Positions 1 to 12,479 of a stretch of DNA of 64,000 nucleotides are shown in pieces. Origin of the DNA: Camelus dromedarius (Eukaryota); the NCBI RefSeq assembly GCF_036321535.1, contig NC_087437.1:102798001-102862000 (forward strand). Reading direction: 5' to 3'. The notes beneath the pieces were generated by a model. That model was not told the origin of the DNA and ran no database searches. It saw nothing but the letters and a program-made list of their open reading frames with translations. The first letter of the stretch is position 1. Each line of letters opens with the position of its first letter. A program made the translations under genes and the position numbers.

Positions 1-2454
1 TTGTAAATGTGAAACATATGTTTTTTTAAAAAACCTAAGTAATGTAACATTAAAGTAAATGCATGTGTGTATTCCAATAACATGCACTGGTCAATTATTA
101 GGCAGAAGATTAATGGCTTGTGGATATATAAGGGAATCCCATTGCTGCCAGCAGCTTGCCTATTATTTGCTTATCTAATTTGAAAATTAATAGCAACATA
201 GGTCCATTAAGGAAAGGACCAAATGATCCTACGCAATAAGAAATTTTTCAGTTTAATTTCCGATTGTATTGTCCTACAAGATGCATTCAGTTAACAATGT
301 TTCCTCTCAAACCTGTACTTGTGTGGGATCACTTGCCAGATAGGAAGGATTTGTTGTTATCCCGTGTGGAATAACTGCCCTCCAAAATGACAGGATTTGT
401 GCGGACATCACTTTGGTCAATACTACCCATGGACAAAAATATGATTTCTGAGCACTGTGATCGGTATTTGGGCGACCTGCCCTTCACATCACGATCCTCA
501 TCACATCAAATAAGTTCATGGCTAGCCACCGCGTGATTCCTTTTTCGGATCTCATGTCACCCAGAATATATTCTCAAAGTTATGTCAATCACTGTTTAGT
601 CCCTGTGTTATAGGTTCGTTTCATATTCTGCTCTGGCCATCATGATATTTGCCAGGGATGTCTTGGTGAAGAAAAATATAATATCCCTTCCAGTTAAGAA
701 AATATTATTCAGGCAAGTGGCAAATTATAGGCAGTTATTGCTTAATTTCAGAGCGAAGTGAGCAGTTATTTGCCCAGAGGGAACATGAAGTAGCCATGAA
801 GGAAAATGACCCCATGTATCTTGGAAGAAATTAAAAAGTAAGAACCTGTGACAATTAGGGTGCCTTAGTCCCATAAATCTCTTTCTTCTGTTTCTTAAAA
901 TCAAATAAAACGGCTAAGCAAGCAAAGAATTTACAAAGGAAGGTGTTAAAATCTAAATTCTACCACTAAAGCAGCTACTGTCAGATGCTCACAAACAGCC
1001 TGGTAAAACATCTAAAGTGTTGTTGTATCAAGAAAGTGGAAATTATTCTCAGAGACATGATCATTAGAGAAAGTGGCATTAATGGAGAAGGAAAGGCCAT
1101 TGCAGGACCATCTATTTATGGAGGTTTCAGGCTATCTGCCTATATATATCTACTGTGGATATTTTTCTTCCTTTGTGGTAATAAAAAAAAAAGTCAAAAC
1201 AGGCAATTTTCTAGACAAGTAAATGAATAGGTATAATGATTTGTGACATTTTAAAAATATAAATGAACACACGGAATTTACCATTTCTTAGTAGTATGAT
1301 TCTAACACACATGAATCCTGTCAACAGAGAGACTAAACAAAAATAACATCGAACTACAAAAAATAAGAATAATGTTTAAATCCTGCCCCCACACACCATT
1401 TACGTGCAGGATCTATGTGTGGACTGTATACCTGCATGCTTTTTCCAAGGACAGATTGCGGAGCCAAGAGGAGGCGTCTCCCTGAGAAGATAGTTTTCCC
1501 ATATGATGCTCCTTACCGTTTTTTTTTTTTTCTCTCTCTGCTACTCCTTAATGTTTATTTTATTGATTCTTTTAAAACAAATTTATCTGCTTCCATTTAA
1601 CCGTGCATCCAGTCCTGTCGGTATTTCCTACTACTCAGCTTTTCATAGAGTCCTGATTTCTATTCAACTTTCTTGTAATTTTATAAATGAAGTAACTAAA
1701 GCTCCGACCAAGCTTCTGAAACACTTCCTCAGGTAAATGGCGAATGTGATAATTTGTCTTAAATGTAAAAACTCTGAGTCACCTACACGAGGGAGGATGC
1801 GTTTCTCTACCCTTTTATACCCTACCCAGGGCAGATGCCTTCGTCAGGTTCAGAGAGTTGGCACGCTTGCTAATAGTGCTCAAGGTCTGCACCACCGGAG
1901 GGCAGCTTGCCTTTGGAGTGGGGAGGGGAACTGTGGGCAAAGGTGATTTGTCTCGATGTTGTCCTCACACCATCCATCTGCTATGCAGTGGAATTGACCA
2001 AGGCTGGTGTCAGGCTGCCTATCACTTCATCACCACAGTGGGGAATGAACGTGCTTCCAATGGAGCCTGGGAGAGGCAGATCTACCTTTGTCTGAGAAGC
2101 AGGTTAGACAAGTGGGGGAAGGCTTTCTCTCAATGTGCGCCACCCTGCTGCTGAGAACTCACAGCAACATAAATTCACACTAGCCATGGAGAAACCCCAA
2201 GAGACTTCCTGTTGATAATCTTCCTATTCGTTACAACTCCCAATCAGACCTTTACCCCCAGGGATGGAGGCCGCCATTCTGGCTGTTCTTGGTCACATAC
2301 ATCGGGACTTCTGTACTGAGAGGTAGTAAATATTAGTTTTTTTTTTTTTTCTTTTTTTTGTATGTCTTTTTAGGCAAGACATGGTCCTAGACCCCTTTCC
2401 CAACTCCATCCAAACTTTATATGTTACACTCGATGCTTTTTTCTAATTAGACTC

Positions 2455-2775
2455 CTCTCTGTTCTCCACACAAGCTGTGTGCTCTCACGCCCCCAGGCTT
2501 TGCTTAAGCTCCTCTCTGTTTTGCCCACGTTCTCTGTCTAATTTCTCCACTTTCTTTCAAGCTTCCTAAAGCTTTTCTTAATCCCCTGTTCAGAAATGAT
2601 CCCTTCCTTTTATGTCACAAGAGCAGTTTGTTTCCACTTTCCTTATGATCTTTTTATAACCTGACTGATACTGTCAAATACTGTGTTTATGACTGTTCGC
2701 TTCAAAAATACTATTAGCAACTTGGGGGCAGGATCAGAAGCCGTATCACCTTTGTTCCTGAGTCCCAGTGCTTCG
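2455..2775 (+). mobile_element. L2 LINE 3' fragment (highly diverged)
   Basis: Pyrimidine-rich stretch resembling the L2 3' region, ending ...caacttgggggcaggatc...cctttgttcctgagtcccagtgc. Confidence 0.5.
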
Positions 2776-3042
2776 TTCCTTCGTTGCTTCCACACACACA
2801 GGTGTTCTCCTTCTTTCTCCCAACACACACATACACACAGAGCTTGACCCAGTCTTAAGATACAAACCTCTACTCTTTTCTGATGGGCCACCTTACTTCT
2901 CCCTCCACCCAACCCTGAGAAGAACTACTGTCGAATTACCTCGGGGGTACCAGTCAAATTTTTCTCTGGCAGAGTTCAACCCCCTGCCTGAGACAAAAGT
3001 AATTTGATAAAAGGAACATTTACATGCCAAGATTACCAGACA

Positions 3043-3065
3043 TGTGTGTGTGTGTGTGTGTGTGT
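3043..3065. repeat. (TG)11 microsatellite
   Basis: Read directly. Confidence 0.95.
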
Positions 3066-4959
3066 CAGAGACACTTGGCCACTCCTGGTGTCACACTGAA
3101 AAACTGTCAGCTTTGTGGTGAAGAGGCTATTTGGCACAGGCAGCATCCTTTCAATAGCTTTTGTGACTGTGTGTGCGTGTGTGTAGCTTTTTTTTCATTC
3201 CTTAGAGAAATCAAGAACTGGTGAAATAAAGGAGTCTTTCACACCTATAAATGTGCTATGCCTTCTCTTTCTTGCAAAGTACTGACTGTGAGCTGACTTA
3301 AGTATAGTTGGTGCTACCCAGAATGAGGAAAAAGTGTGGGGAGGGAGACTGAGCAAAAGAACTTTCTAGATATATTGTCCTAAGTCTACTGCTACCAAAT
3401 CTAGAGGGAAGAGGTTCTCAAGCTGTGAGATGCTGAGAGGGCCATGGGTTAGCGAGTTCAACGCCGGACTGTGTGGAGTGCAGTGTTTGCCCCTCCTCCA
3501 TTCTTTGTTATAACCCCAATCCCAGGATGACAAGTAAGTGAATCTTCTGTGTTTGCCTGGGGAACACCAATTGCAATGTTAGCTTGTTTCCACTCTTACT
3601 CCTTGCCCTCCCTGAAGCAATGCAACCTCCATTTCAGCACTCAGTCTGGGTGTGTGCGCCAGAACGGGGGCTGCGGCTGGATTCAGAGCTCTGTAATATT
3701 TCTAACGCCTTCTACGGCCACGTCCTCGCTGATAAAGAAACAACCAAGGGCCTCGCTTGGAAAGGATCCACTGTCAGTTCCAGCCGGTTGCTTTGGCCCT
3801 GGCAGACCGACAGTGGCCCTGAGGGCCAGGTGTTCCGCCTTTTGCTCGCCCTTGCCGCACGTCTGGCATCAAAATGACAAACATTTTCCTACCTATCCAG
3901 GAGAAAGAATGATACGTCCCAGCCTCAGAGTAGGAGAGTTAGTTCTGGACGCTTGCCATGGCTCCGTCACTTCAGTTTACAGGCGGGCACAACGCAGGTG
4001 TGTGTATGGGTGGGTTAGGTGGGTGGGGGTGGCCTGGAGAAAGATCCCCGCGCCACTGGTCTTTGTATATTTCAAAGACCTCCCACATCTCAATCATCGC
4101 GGGGACCTGTGCGCTGGGGATCAAGGGCAGAACGCGGGGAATGTGTCTAGGGGAGGCTCTGGACTTCTCCAAGGATGCAGTAAATGCTGACAACGAAGTT
4201 TAACGCAGCCCCTCTAACATCTTGCCTCCTCCCCAGTCTCTCTCCCTTAAGGTATCTGCTGTCAACAGTAGTGGGTCGACGTGGATAAGAAACATCGCGC
4301 ACATCTTTCCTCTTACCCTGTAGAGCCCGAGGACACAGGCAGTGTAGACGCCAGAGGACGTCCGATTTCCCTCTGCCAGGGCAGAGTGGAAAGCGTAGGA
4401 AGCGGGCAGCCTGCACAAGGTTTGAGAGAGAGGGAGGGCCTGGAAGAGAGAGAATCCACTCCCCCCACCCCCGACCCCGCCCGCCCGCCCATGTAGGAAT
4501 GAGAGCTGCAGAATATACCACCCGTCCCCAAGTTCCCCTCTCCCGCCAAGCCTGGGAGCGCTTGCAGCGCGGGGCTGGGCGACTGCCTACAGCATCAGCT
4601 CCAGTTCCAGCGGTCCGCGTCCGCGAACTGGCCGGCGGCGGTGCAGGAGCTCCGGGCTGCCCTCCCTCCTCCACCCAGGGCCGTCCGTCAACGTGCAGCT
4701 CGCCGGCAGGCTCAGCGTGCGGCCGCCACTCGCGGACGCGCTCGTGCCAGCCGGACCGCGGAGGCCCCTCTAACAGGAGGCACCGGGAACCGAACTTGCG
4801 CCTCCGAGCTCGACTGCGGACGAATCCCGGGTCCGCGCACCTGCCGGCGGCGGCCGCCGTGCGGCGCGGAGGGATACGCCTCGGCCGCGCCTCCCTCCCC
4901 TCCCCGCGTCCCCGCCCCCGCCTCCCTCCCCGCCCGGCTCTGCTGCCGCCGCGGCGGCC

Positions 4960-4995
4960 GCTGCTGCCGCCGCCGCCGCCGCCGCCGCCGCTGCC
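4960..4995 (+). repeat. GCC/GCT trinucleotide repeat with pure (GCC)8 at 4966-4989
   Basis: gctgct(gcc)8gctgcc read directly, in the probable 5' UTR. Confidence 0.95.
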
Positions 4996-5182
4996 TGGAT
5001 ATAGTGCGGCAAGGAGCGGAGCTTGCAGTCACTTTGCAAGGAGGAGCGCGCGGGCTGCGGGCGGCTGGGGCACTCCGGGAGCGGCGGCGGCTCCAGCACA
5101 GGCGGCCGTGACAGCGGAAGGTTCTCTCTCCGGGGCTGGACTTAATAACTTTGGAACTGTCCGCCAGTGTCACGTCCTGAAC

Positions 5183-5237
5183 ATGAGCCTCCTCCTCTCC
5201 TTCTACCTGCTCGGGTTGCTTGTCAGTAGCGGGCAAG
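5183..5237 (+). CDS. NCAM2: NCAM2 coding exon 1 (signal peptide MSLLLSFYLLGLLVSSGQ + 1 nt); partial CDS
   Basis: ATG at 5183 with A at -3 (gaacATG). The 18 codons match the N-terminus of mammalian NCAM2 as I recall it (MSLLLSFYLLGLLVSSGQALLQV...). The exon ends AAG|gtagga (donor 5238-5243), phase 1, and lies at the 3' edge of a CpG island. Confidence 0.96.
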
Positions 5238-8200
5238 GTAGGAGTGTGGTGCTTTATTGCATTTACTTTCCTTCCCCCTTCCCCCCAACCAAGAGAGGCA
5301 GAGGTGGCACAAGAATTAAATGAACGAACTAAAGTTATACTTATTGCTGTTGTTGGAATTTTCCCTCTTCCTTTTAGCTGCCGCTAAAAATTAGATCTGT
5401 TCTGTCGACAACCTTAAATAAGAGAAAATACAGAATGAGAGATGGGCATCAGTGAGCAGGAGATTGAGGCAAACTGCATCTTTTTCTGGGATCTTGGCTT
5501 TCTCTGATTTTTATTATCAAAAAATTGGATGAGTATGTTGATCTGTGTGAACAGTTAAAATATCTGTCTGAGGTTGCGGAAGGAAAGGGAACGATGGTGT
5601 TTTAAAGAAGCAGCAGAAACTATCAGCATTAAACTCGTTTGTGAAATACCTCTGTTGTGAACAAGAAATTCAGTTCTTAGAGACTCCTTTTTTCCCCTCT
5701 TCCCTTTACCAAGACCCCAATTGCTATGAAGTGAACGATGATGGCTTATTTCTGTTGAGGACTAAGAGAGGGGCCATGGATGGTGTGTATAAGAAAGCAA
5801 ATGGATAAAACTAGGGATGTGTTGCAGTCATTCATTTTCACACACCACCCCCCGCCCCCGTTAATACAGCATGGTTGAAAATTTTTATAACATTAGATTG
5901 TAATTACACCTGTAAGGGATGTTTTAGCTTGTGGAGAACTGGTGGGATTTTTATCTCTTAGAAAAGAAAAAAAAAAAAAATGAAGAGCTGATTAGAACAG
6001 CCTGAGAGAGAATTTGTGGAAGCTTCCTGTTTATCTTTATAGAGACGGATGTGGATTTATCTTTCTCTGTTTAGTATACAGTCACATAAAATATGTTTAT
6101 AATAAATGGAGGTATTTTCAACTGTTCAGACAAGTTTGGACATTTAATTGGGGACACAAAATACTAAAACGTGCATTGGTGGGAGTCTTTAAAGAAAAAA
6201 TAGAACATAGCAGTAATTTTGTGATGTGTAATAATCACAGAGAATGTTATATTATTACTGTAGCATGAAATTGTTTTTTTTTTTTTTTTTGAGAATATAT
6301 AAATCACAGCACAATTTAAAATATCTCCACTATATTCTATTCTAAGCTTTTTAGCCTCTTCTGTGTTGCTCATTTGGTCCAGCTGGGGGCGGTAGAACTC
6401 CATTTTAAGCTCTGAATGGTTTTGCTCTTCCACACTCCCTCGGTCCTTCTATCATTCTTCAGCAGGACTTGACATTTTGGATGTGAAACCTTCCTTTCTC
6501 TACCCTTCTCCTCCCTAAAGCTGTAGTGTTACTGGCGGTTGAAACACGATTGGATGCAAATTTTGTGTGCAGAAATCAGAACGCAAACACTGGGTGTTGC
6601 TATAGTTTGTAAAGTGTCTGGGTAAGATGCTCATTTCCCCTTAACAACAGAGTGTGCAAAATTTCACTGATAGCAAAATTGCAGATATGTCCATCTGAAT
6701 CTCCTATTAGCCCAGTTAATTGAATCAGTAGTACAGCAAAGATCAACATATACTTAGTGCCCTACAGATACACTGCTTCAATTTTTGGAGAGCTGCTGGT
6801 TATGTTTAACTGTTCATTTATAAAATAGACAGGTATTTCCAAATAGTAAGAAGCAGTCCCTGAGAATTGCAGTTAAAATACCACCGCAATTAACCAAGTG
6901 TAGACAGTGAGTGTAGAGCAAAATTGGGGCATAATAGGAAGCAAGTTTATGCAGACTTAGGATACATGGTGACTGGTTTGGAGAAGGAAAAATGTCTCAG
7001 TCGTGGAGTCTGTGTGTTTACCATTGTAGACATTAAGTGTGTTGGAATTTGGGGAATCCAAGGGAAATCTTTGAATGTTTAAATAGTGCGTACAGACACA
7101 TAATGTGGATCTATGTGTGTAACACGTATCTGAAATTGTGATTCACCTAATGTATAATTCAGAACGCAGGCTGGTTATAAAGAGGAGATCTAACGCTGAA
7201 GCATGCCTGAAGGGAAGCCCATATTCACTGAAATGAAGCAGGCAAGGAGGGGAGCATCGTTCTAAAGACCTCTCTATCGAGCACAATTTAAAAATGCACA
7301 GCACTCACAGAGGCATAGATGCCTAAGAGAGACCTAGCTTTTGTGAAATCGAACATGTGGTTCTTCTGTGCCGTGTGTCCTGATGAAGTCAGAGATGCTT
7401 GGAAACAGCAATCCTGATCCTGGGGTTCAATTCCTCTATGCTAGTGTTTTGTTCTCCAATTAAGGATGCAGCAGCAAGTATCAGAAACACCACTGGGAGC
7501 AGTTTAAAAAAAAAAAAATGCATCCAGTGTAACTCATTGTTTTGTTTATTGTTTTATAAATGAGGCCACGGAAAAGCCGCCAGTCGGTGATCCCTGGGCT
7601 TGCCTTAGAAATACTAAAATCCCAGCCTACTGATTTATGTTTCCAACAATATACTTGCAGGGGATTTTATGAAGCATGATTGAAGCTATTGCTTTGGAAA
7701 GTGGTGTGCAGTTAGACTGGGGAAAGGCAACGATGATGTATTCCCTTTTAAGTAGTCAAAACGTTTTGAACTGCAGCAGTTGAATAGGAGAAAATGACAG
7801 AAGTGAAAAACTGACTAACTTAAGTGGATGCCAATACCATAATTAGCTAACAAGGCCTAATAGTTCCACTTCTAACTTGCAACACAACATTATTGTTCTA
7901 CTGTAGTGAGAGCCTTATTTTATTGTAGCAGAAATGCTCCTTTAAAAGCCTCTCTCATTTCCACTGTGAGATTAATATCTAATGAAGTGAGGTTGGGATT
8001 TAATTGTCAAGTCTGAATCAGTTGTCAATGGAACGGACCTTCTATAACTCCAACTTTTGCAATTATTTTCCCATTATTTTTAAAACTTGATCACAGCCTC
8101 TGTCATCAGAAATCTCCAGTGATAACTTATGCATTTGCTGTTTGGATCTATGTAAATTTGGATTCCCAAACTCTAGTATGTATGGGTTGCGTTCCTGAAT

Positions 8201-9959
8201 CTTTTTAACTTGTAAAATAATTGTTTTTTTACCTTTTAAAATTACTTAAATGTGATTAATAAACATCTGTTCCTGATGTTCACATACATAAAATAGAAGC
8301 ATTGTGGTAAGAAAACATAAGCAGGCACCGAGCTATTCATCTCTCCTGTAATCCAGTACAAGGGAACATACGTCCAACAGTCACCTAAGCCAGAATCGTG
8401 AATTGCCCAGCTAATTAGTTAAGCTTGCAGGCATCTGCTTACAATTACTCTTTCTGGTGAAGGGCTAGTAAGTCACTGTTCATTGGAGAAGTGTACCTTC
8501 CGAAAACAAAGCACCGGTGTCTGGGTGTCTACCAGCTTCAGGTCTATAGGAGGGTCTCCTCAAACCTATCTTCTTTGGAGACTGGTAAACAGATAACAGC
8601 CCTTCTCACATCCTTTTCCTTCTAGCCTGCTCTCATTCTTTGATGTCAGCCTCTTTTTGCAAGGTTTCTATCGACTCCATGTTCGTTTGCACTTAGAGAA
8701 GGTAGATTGTGTAAATGAATATCGTTAACTGTCAATGAGGCACCCAGAGGATTCCCTTCCCTGCTTAGTGTCAGAGGGGTTAAGGAGAGCCTTTGGTGGC
8801 CTTAGTTTTTATTGCTGAGTTGAAGCCCTGGAACACGGAGGGAAGTTGATGGGTCCTGAGTGTTCACGGAGTCTTTTCAATGACACCGGGGGCTCATGGT
8901 CTCCCAGAGGTAATGCCCTGCCCTATTAAAGAAGAAAGGAATGGAATAAAAGAACCTTAAGTAGAAGAAAGTCAAACTTCATATAATTTAGTGAATTAAA
9001 TGGCACTTTTTTTTTTTTTTCCAAACATAAAACGAGTTTGTAATGGGACTGAGAAATGAGCTACGGAGATTGAGGTTAGTAACAAGCTGAATGATGTCAT
9101 TTGTTTTTGCCTGTTTCCTTGTGAGGGAGCAATGAGAATGGAAACAGAATTGTCCATCTGAAGACTCTGGAGCTAGTCCTGCCACTTTCCCCGGCTTTTG
9201 ACATTTGGGAAATGATTTTATCTGTTTTCAGGGTCATCTCTCGTGGCAGTGAACTTTGAGAGCCTGAAGAAAGTGCTCTTTAAGTGTCAGAGCTGATCTG
9301 AATTGCTTTTGTTTTGTTTGTTTGTTTGTTTGGTCTAAAGTGAAATTAATCCTCTTAGGAGTTGGCATATGCAACGTTAATTTAATAATTTTAATATTCC
9401 TTTAAAGGGAATAGCATTGTGACTCCAAATTCCATGTGCCCTTTACATTCTCCCAATTACACTGAAGACAAAAAGATTATAAATTAGTTTTAACTTTCCA
9501 AATTATATGATATGAGAACACTTTAAAATGAAACCAGTTCTTTTATGCTTTTATTAAGTGTAATATTCCTGAGCTTCATAGAGCCAAGTTATCTTTAATT
9601 GTTCAGCAAATAAAAGTGCTTCTGTATGGCATTCTTTTAAATATTTTAATAACTTTTAACTATTTACAGTTATCATAATAGAGCTGATCTCAAATAGCTG
9701 TGGACACTCTTCCTAGTTTCACACGTTCACTTGTGCCACTAACAATTCATCAAATGTTTTGAGATATTTCAGAAAGCTATGACGTCATGTGACAAACTTG
9801 TCTGAATTTAAATAGTTAAGAGGCGGATGGGGCGATCTGGAGAGTATTTATAAGCATAACAATCAACAGATGAGCCTTTGTGGAATTTCAGGTCAACTGA
9901 TGAAAATTTTCTTGGCTCCAATTTGATTTTTGAAACTAGCAGAGAAAGAAAAAAAAAAA

Positions 9960-10160
9960 ACACTGGATTTGGAATCAGAAGACCCAGACCACTAACGGTC
10001 TCTTGACTTTGAAGAAGCAACTTAAGCTCTCAGAGCCATTATTTACTTATTTGAAAATTGGATATAGAAATATTTGGCTAGTTGGCCCTGCTGTACTGCC
10101 TTGAGGAGCAATTGTGATAAAAGACATGTATAGGCGTCTTGTAAAATGCCAGCCCTACTA
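9960..10160 (+). mobile_element. MIR SINE
   Basis: cactggatttggaatcagaagaccc...caacttaagctctcagagcc...gaaaattggata follows the MIR consensus order. Confidence 0.65.
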
Positions 10161-10389
10161 TGACGGACATTGTTTATATTTTTGGCATACTATGCATACA
10201 TAAAAATCTGCCTATGGCTTAAAACATCTCATTTTTTAATTTAAAAATTATTATAAGCTGCTCTGTGATTAGAGAAAAATATTGAGGGAGCAGAGATAAT
10301 CTAATTCATTGATGAGAGTGGCTCATTCATCAAACATTCATTACATGCCTGCAGTGTCTCCAATATCTTATTAGGCAGCATTCCTAGGA

Positions 10390-10530
10390 ATGATTATATA
10401 GGTTGTGTGATGAACACCTCTAGGGGGCGCTACTCATTGTCATGTTGAAAGAATACATATTTATTTTCACAGTTTTCCAGCAAAGGGCAGTAAATCATCC
10501 TAAGGGATGTATGTATTTCTTATTTGGTAT
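10390..10530 (+). mobile_element. MER91-like hAT DNA transposon remnant
   Basis: gttgtgtgatgaacacctctagggggcgctactcatt...gggcagtaaa resembles the recalled MER91 core (gttgtgcactgcacaactccagggggcgccattcac...ggcagtaaag). Confidence 0.5.
10417..10430 (+). promoter_or_regulatory. CTCF core motif
   Basis: CCTCTAGGGGGCGC versus consensus CCASYAGRKGGCRS (1 mismatch), CpG retained. Confidence 0.6.
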
Positions 10531-11239
10531 CATTAATCCCTTTTATGACCACCACTAGGCTAGTATGAGTCACCGAGAGTCTTAGAAGGGCACAAAATTA
10601 GGATAAGTGACTTACTAAAGGTCAAATAGAAAAGTCAAAGGGTTAATAACTAGAGCTTGGTCTTTAAAATCTTAATTCAGTTCTCTGAACACCAAACTTT
10701 TGCATAAATTAAAAAAAATTCTAACAATTCTTCAGCTCAAAGTAAATATTTAAATTCTGTTGGTGAATCAAATAACAAACACTTATTGAGGCCATACAGT
10801 CAGGATAACATCAGCATCTTATAACAGTGTGAATCACTAATCCAAAGCACTGTCACCCACCTTATAGCAAGACTCCAGAGAAGTATTCATTTTATGGGTG
10901 AAGAAATAGAGAGGAATTATCTGATTTTTTATATCTTTTATAGTTAGTTGTTATCTGGAATTAGGATTAAATTTTCCCACATCTAGTTCAATGCCTATTT
11001 TTAATGCATTTAATGTATTTGTTTGAAAATTTATGTGTGATAGCGGGAGTGGTGGTGCACAGAATTCAAGGTTTTTGGTTGAGAAGACAAAAAATGTAAA
11101 TTTTAAAAGCCAAACCAGCATATGAGAGATCAATAAACTGTTCAACTAAATGTTGCAAAATGTCAAAAGATGTCATATACTTAATTGAAAATTAAATGGT
11201 TTAAATAAGTCCTTAGGAATTCAGCACCTAGAAAGAACT

Positions 11240-11435
11240 AAAATTTGTTCAGTATTTGCTACCTGCCTGGCTCAGTTGCATGCATATCACATATACTAAC
11301 TAGCTTAATATATACAACAGTCCTTTAATTATTATCATATTATATTCCCGTTTTATACTTGAGGGCCGTGAAGCATAGTAGTTGAAGGAACTAAGATTAC
11401 ACAGCTAGGAAATAAAGATTTGAACTCAGGACATG
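11240..11435 (-). mobile_element. MIR SINE
   Basis: atttgttcagtatttgctacctgcctggc...attcccgttttata...acacagctaggaaataaagatttgaactcagg. Confidence 0.65.
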
Positions 11436-11549
11436 TGCAAAGATTTGCCTCTTTAACAGGACACCACCTTGTCACTCCCTGAAGCAGAGAGGGCATTATC
11501 ATGGTGATATTAAACAGAGAAAATAGTACAAGGAGAAAAAAATATGGGG

Positions 11550-11970
11550 GAACAAGTTGTATGGAAGGAGGCAGATGTTCAGAGGACAGAATAATCCAGT
11601 TTGATTAAGTTAAGGGTTTGGAAGGTGAATTGTTGGACTCAGTCATGGAAACATTGGTAGATCTGAGAGCCAGTCAGGCTTTGGGGCCAAGATGAGTTAG
11701 ATTGTTGTGTAGATCTTTGGGGGCCATTGTTTAGACAGGAAAATGACATGATTGAAGTTTTGTTTTGTTTTTAAGTCTACTGGCCACGTAGGGGGTGGAC
11801 CAGAGGAAAATGATAAAGGAGTGAATGGACATGACATGTATTTCTATGGAAGAATTAATGAATCTTAATAACACATTTAATTTGGGCGATTAAGAGGAAG
11901 GTGGCACCTGATGTTTTAAGCCTATTGGATAGAGAGAATGGTTATATCTTAAAAGAAATAGGGATGTGAG
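11550..11970 (-). mobile_element. L2 LINE fragment
   Basis: Purine-rich stretch with gggggccattgtttagacaggaaaatgacatgattgaagttt typical of reverse-strand L2. Confidence 0.55.
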
Positions 11971-12479
11971 TAAAGAAAACTGCTTATTTTAGGCAAGGGT
12001 TTTTTTTTTTTAGATTTCTATTTCTTTGTAAGTTTTAAAAACTGTATGTTGTTTGAGGAATCCACGGAATTTTCTGACTGAAATGAAGACTGAAATGTCA
12101 GTATTAAATTTAGAAATACAGACTGTTGATCTCTATCATTTCTTTAGAATCTTTCTCTCCTTTCATTTAATTTCTGTATTTACCTCATTCTTCCTTCATT
12201 GTCTGTACTCTAGTATTATTTATTATGTCTGGAGTTTTGAATTAAATCTCACAAACATGTAGGTCAAATTTCCTTTTCTTATATATTGTTTATTCATTTT
12301 CTTTGCTTTATCCATAATTTTAAAAAAAATTTTTTCTGGGGAAACTAAAAACAAACAAACAAAAAACTATAACAAAATAAGAAAAAAACAAAATAGAAAC
12401 CCCCAAAACTAAACTTAAAAAAGTACTTTGATATTGAATATATAGAGTTGAATATTTTTTATTAGTAACCAAGGGAACT

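Larger units (their letters stand above)
4460..5240. promoter_or_regulatory. CpG island promoter and 5' UTR of NCAM2
   Basis: Very high GC and CpG density with several GCGGCCGC sites. GC boxes (CCGCCC) cluster at 4477-4490 and 4911-4935. No clear TATA box; the TSS cannot be placed from sequence alone. Confidence 0.9.

Noticed and set aside
3549..4203. 213-aa ORF and neighbours upstream of the promoter
   Set aside because: Non-ATG start, no recognisable protein similarity, and no poly(A) tail or duplication suggesting a retrocopy.
4147..5236. Overlapping ORFs of 109-175 aa on both strands, with poly-Arg and poly-Ala runs
   Set aside because: These are by-products of a stop-poor CpG island and the GCC repeat; low complexity with no recognisable domain.
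11220..11238. REST/NRSE site (TTCAGCACC)
   Set aside because: Only the left half matches and the GGACAG half is absent; the same applies at ~22088.
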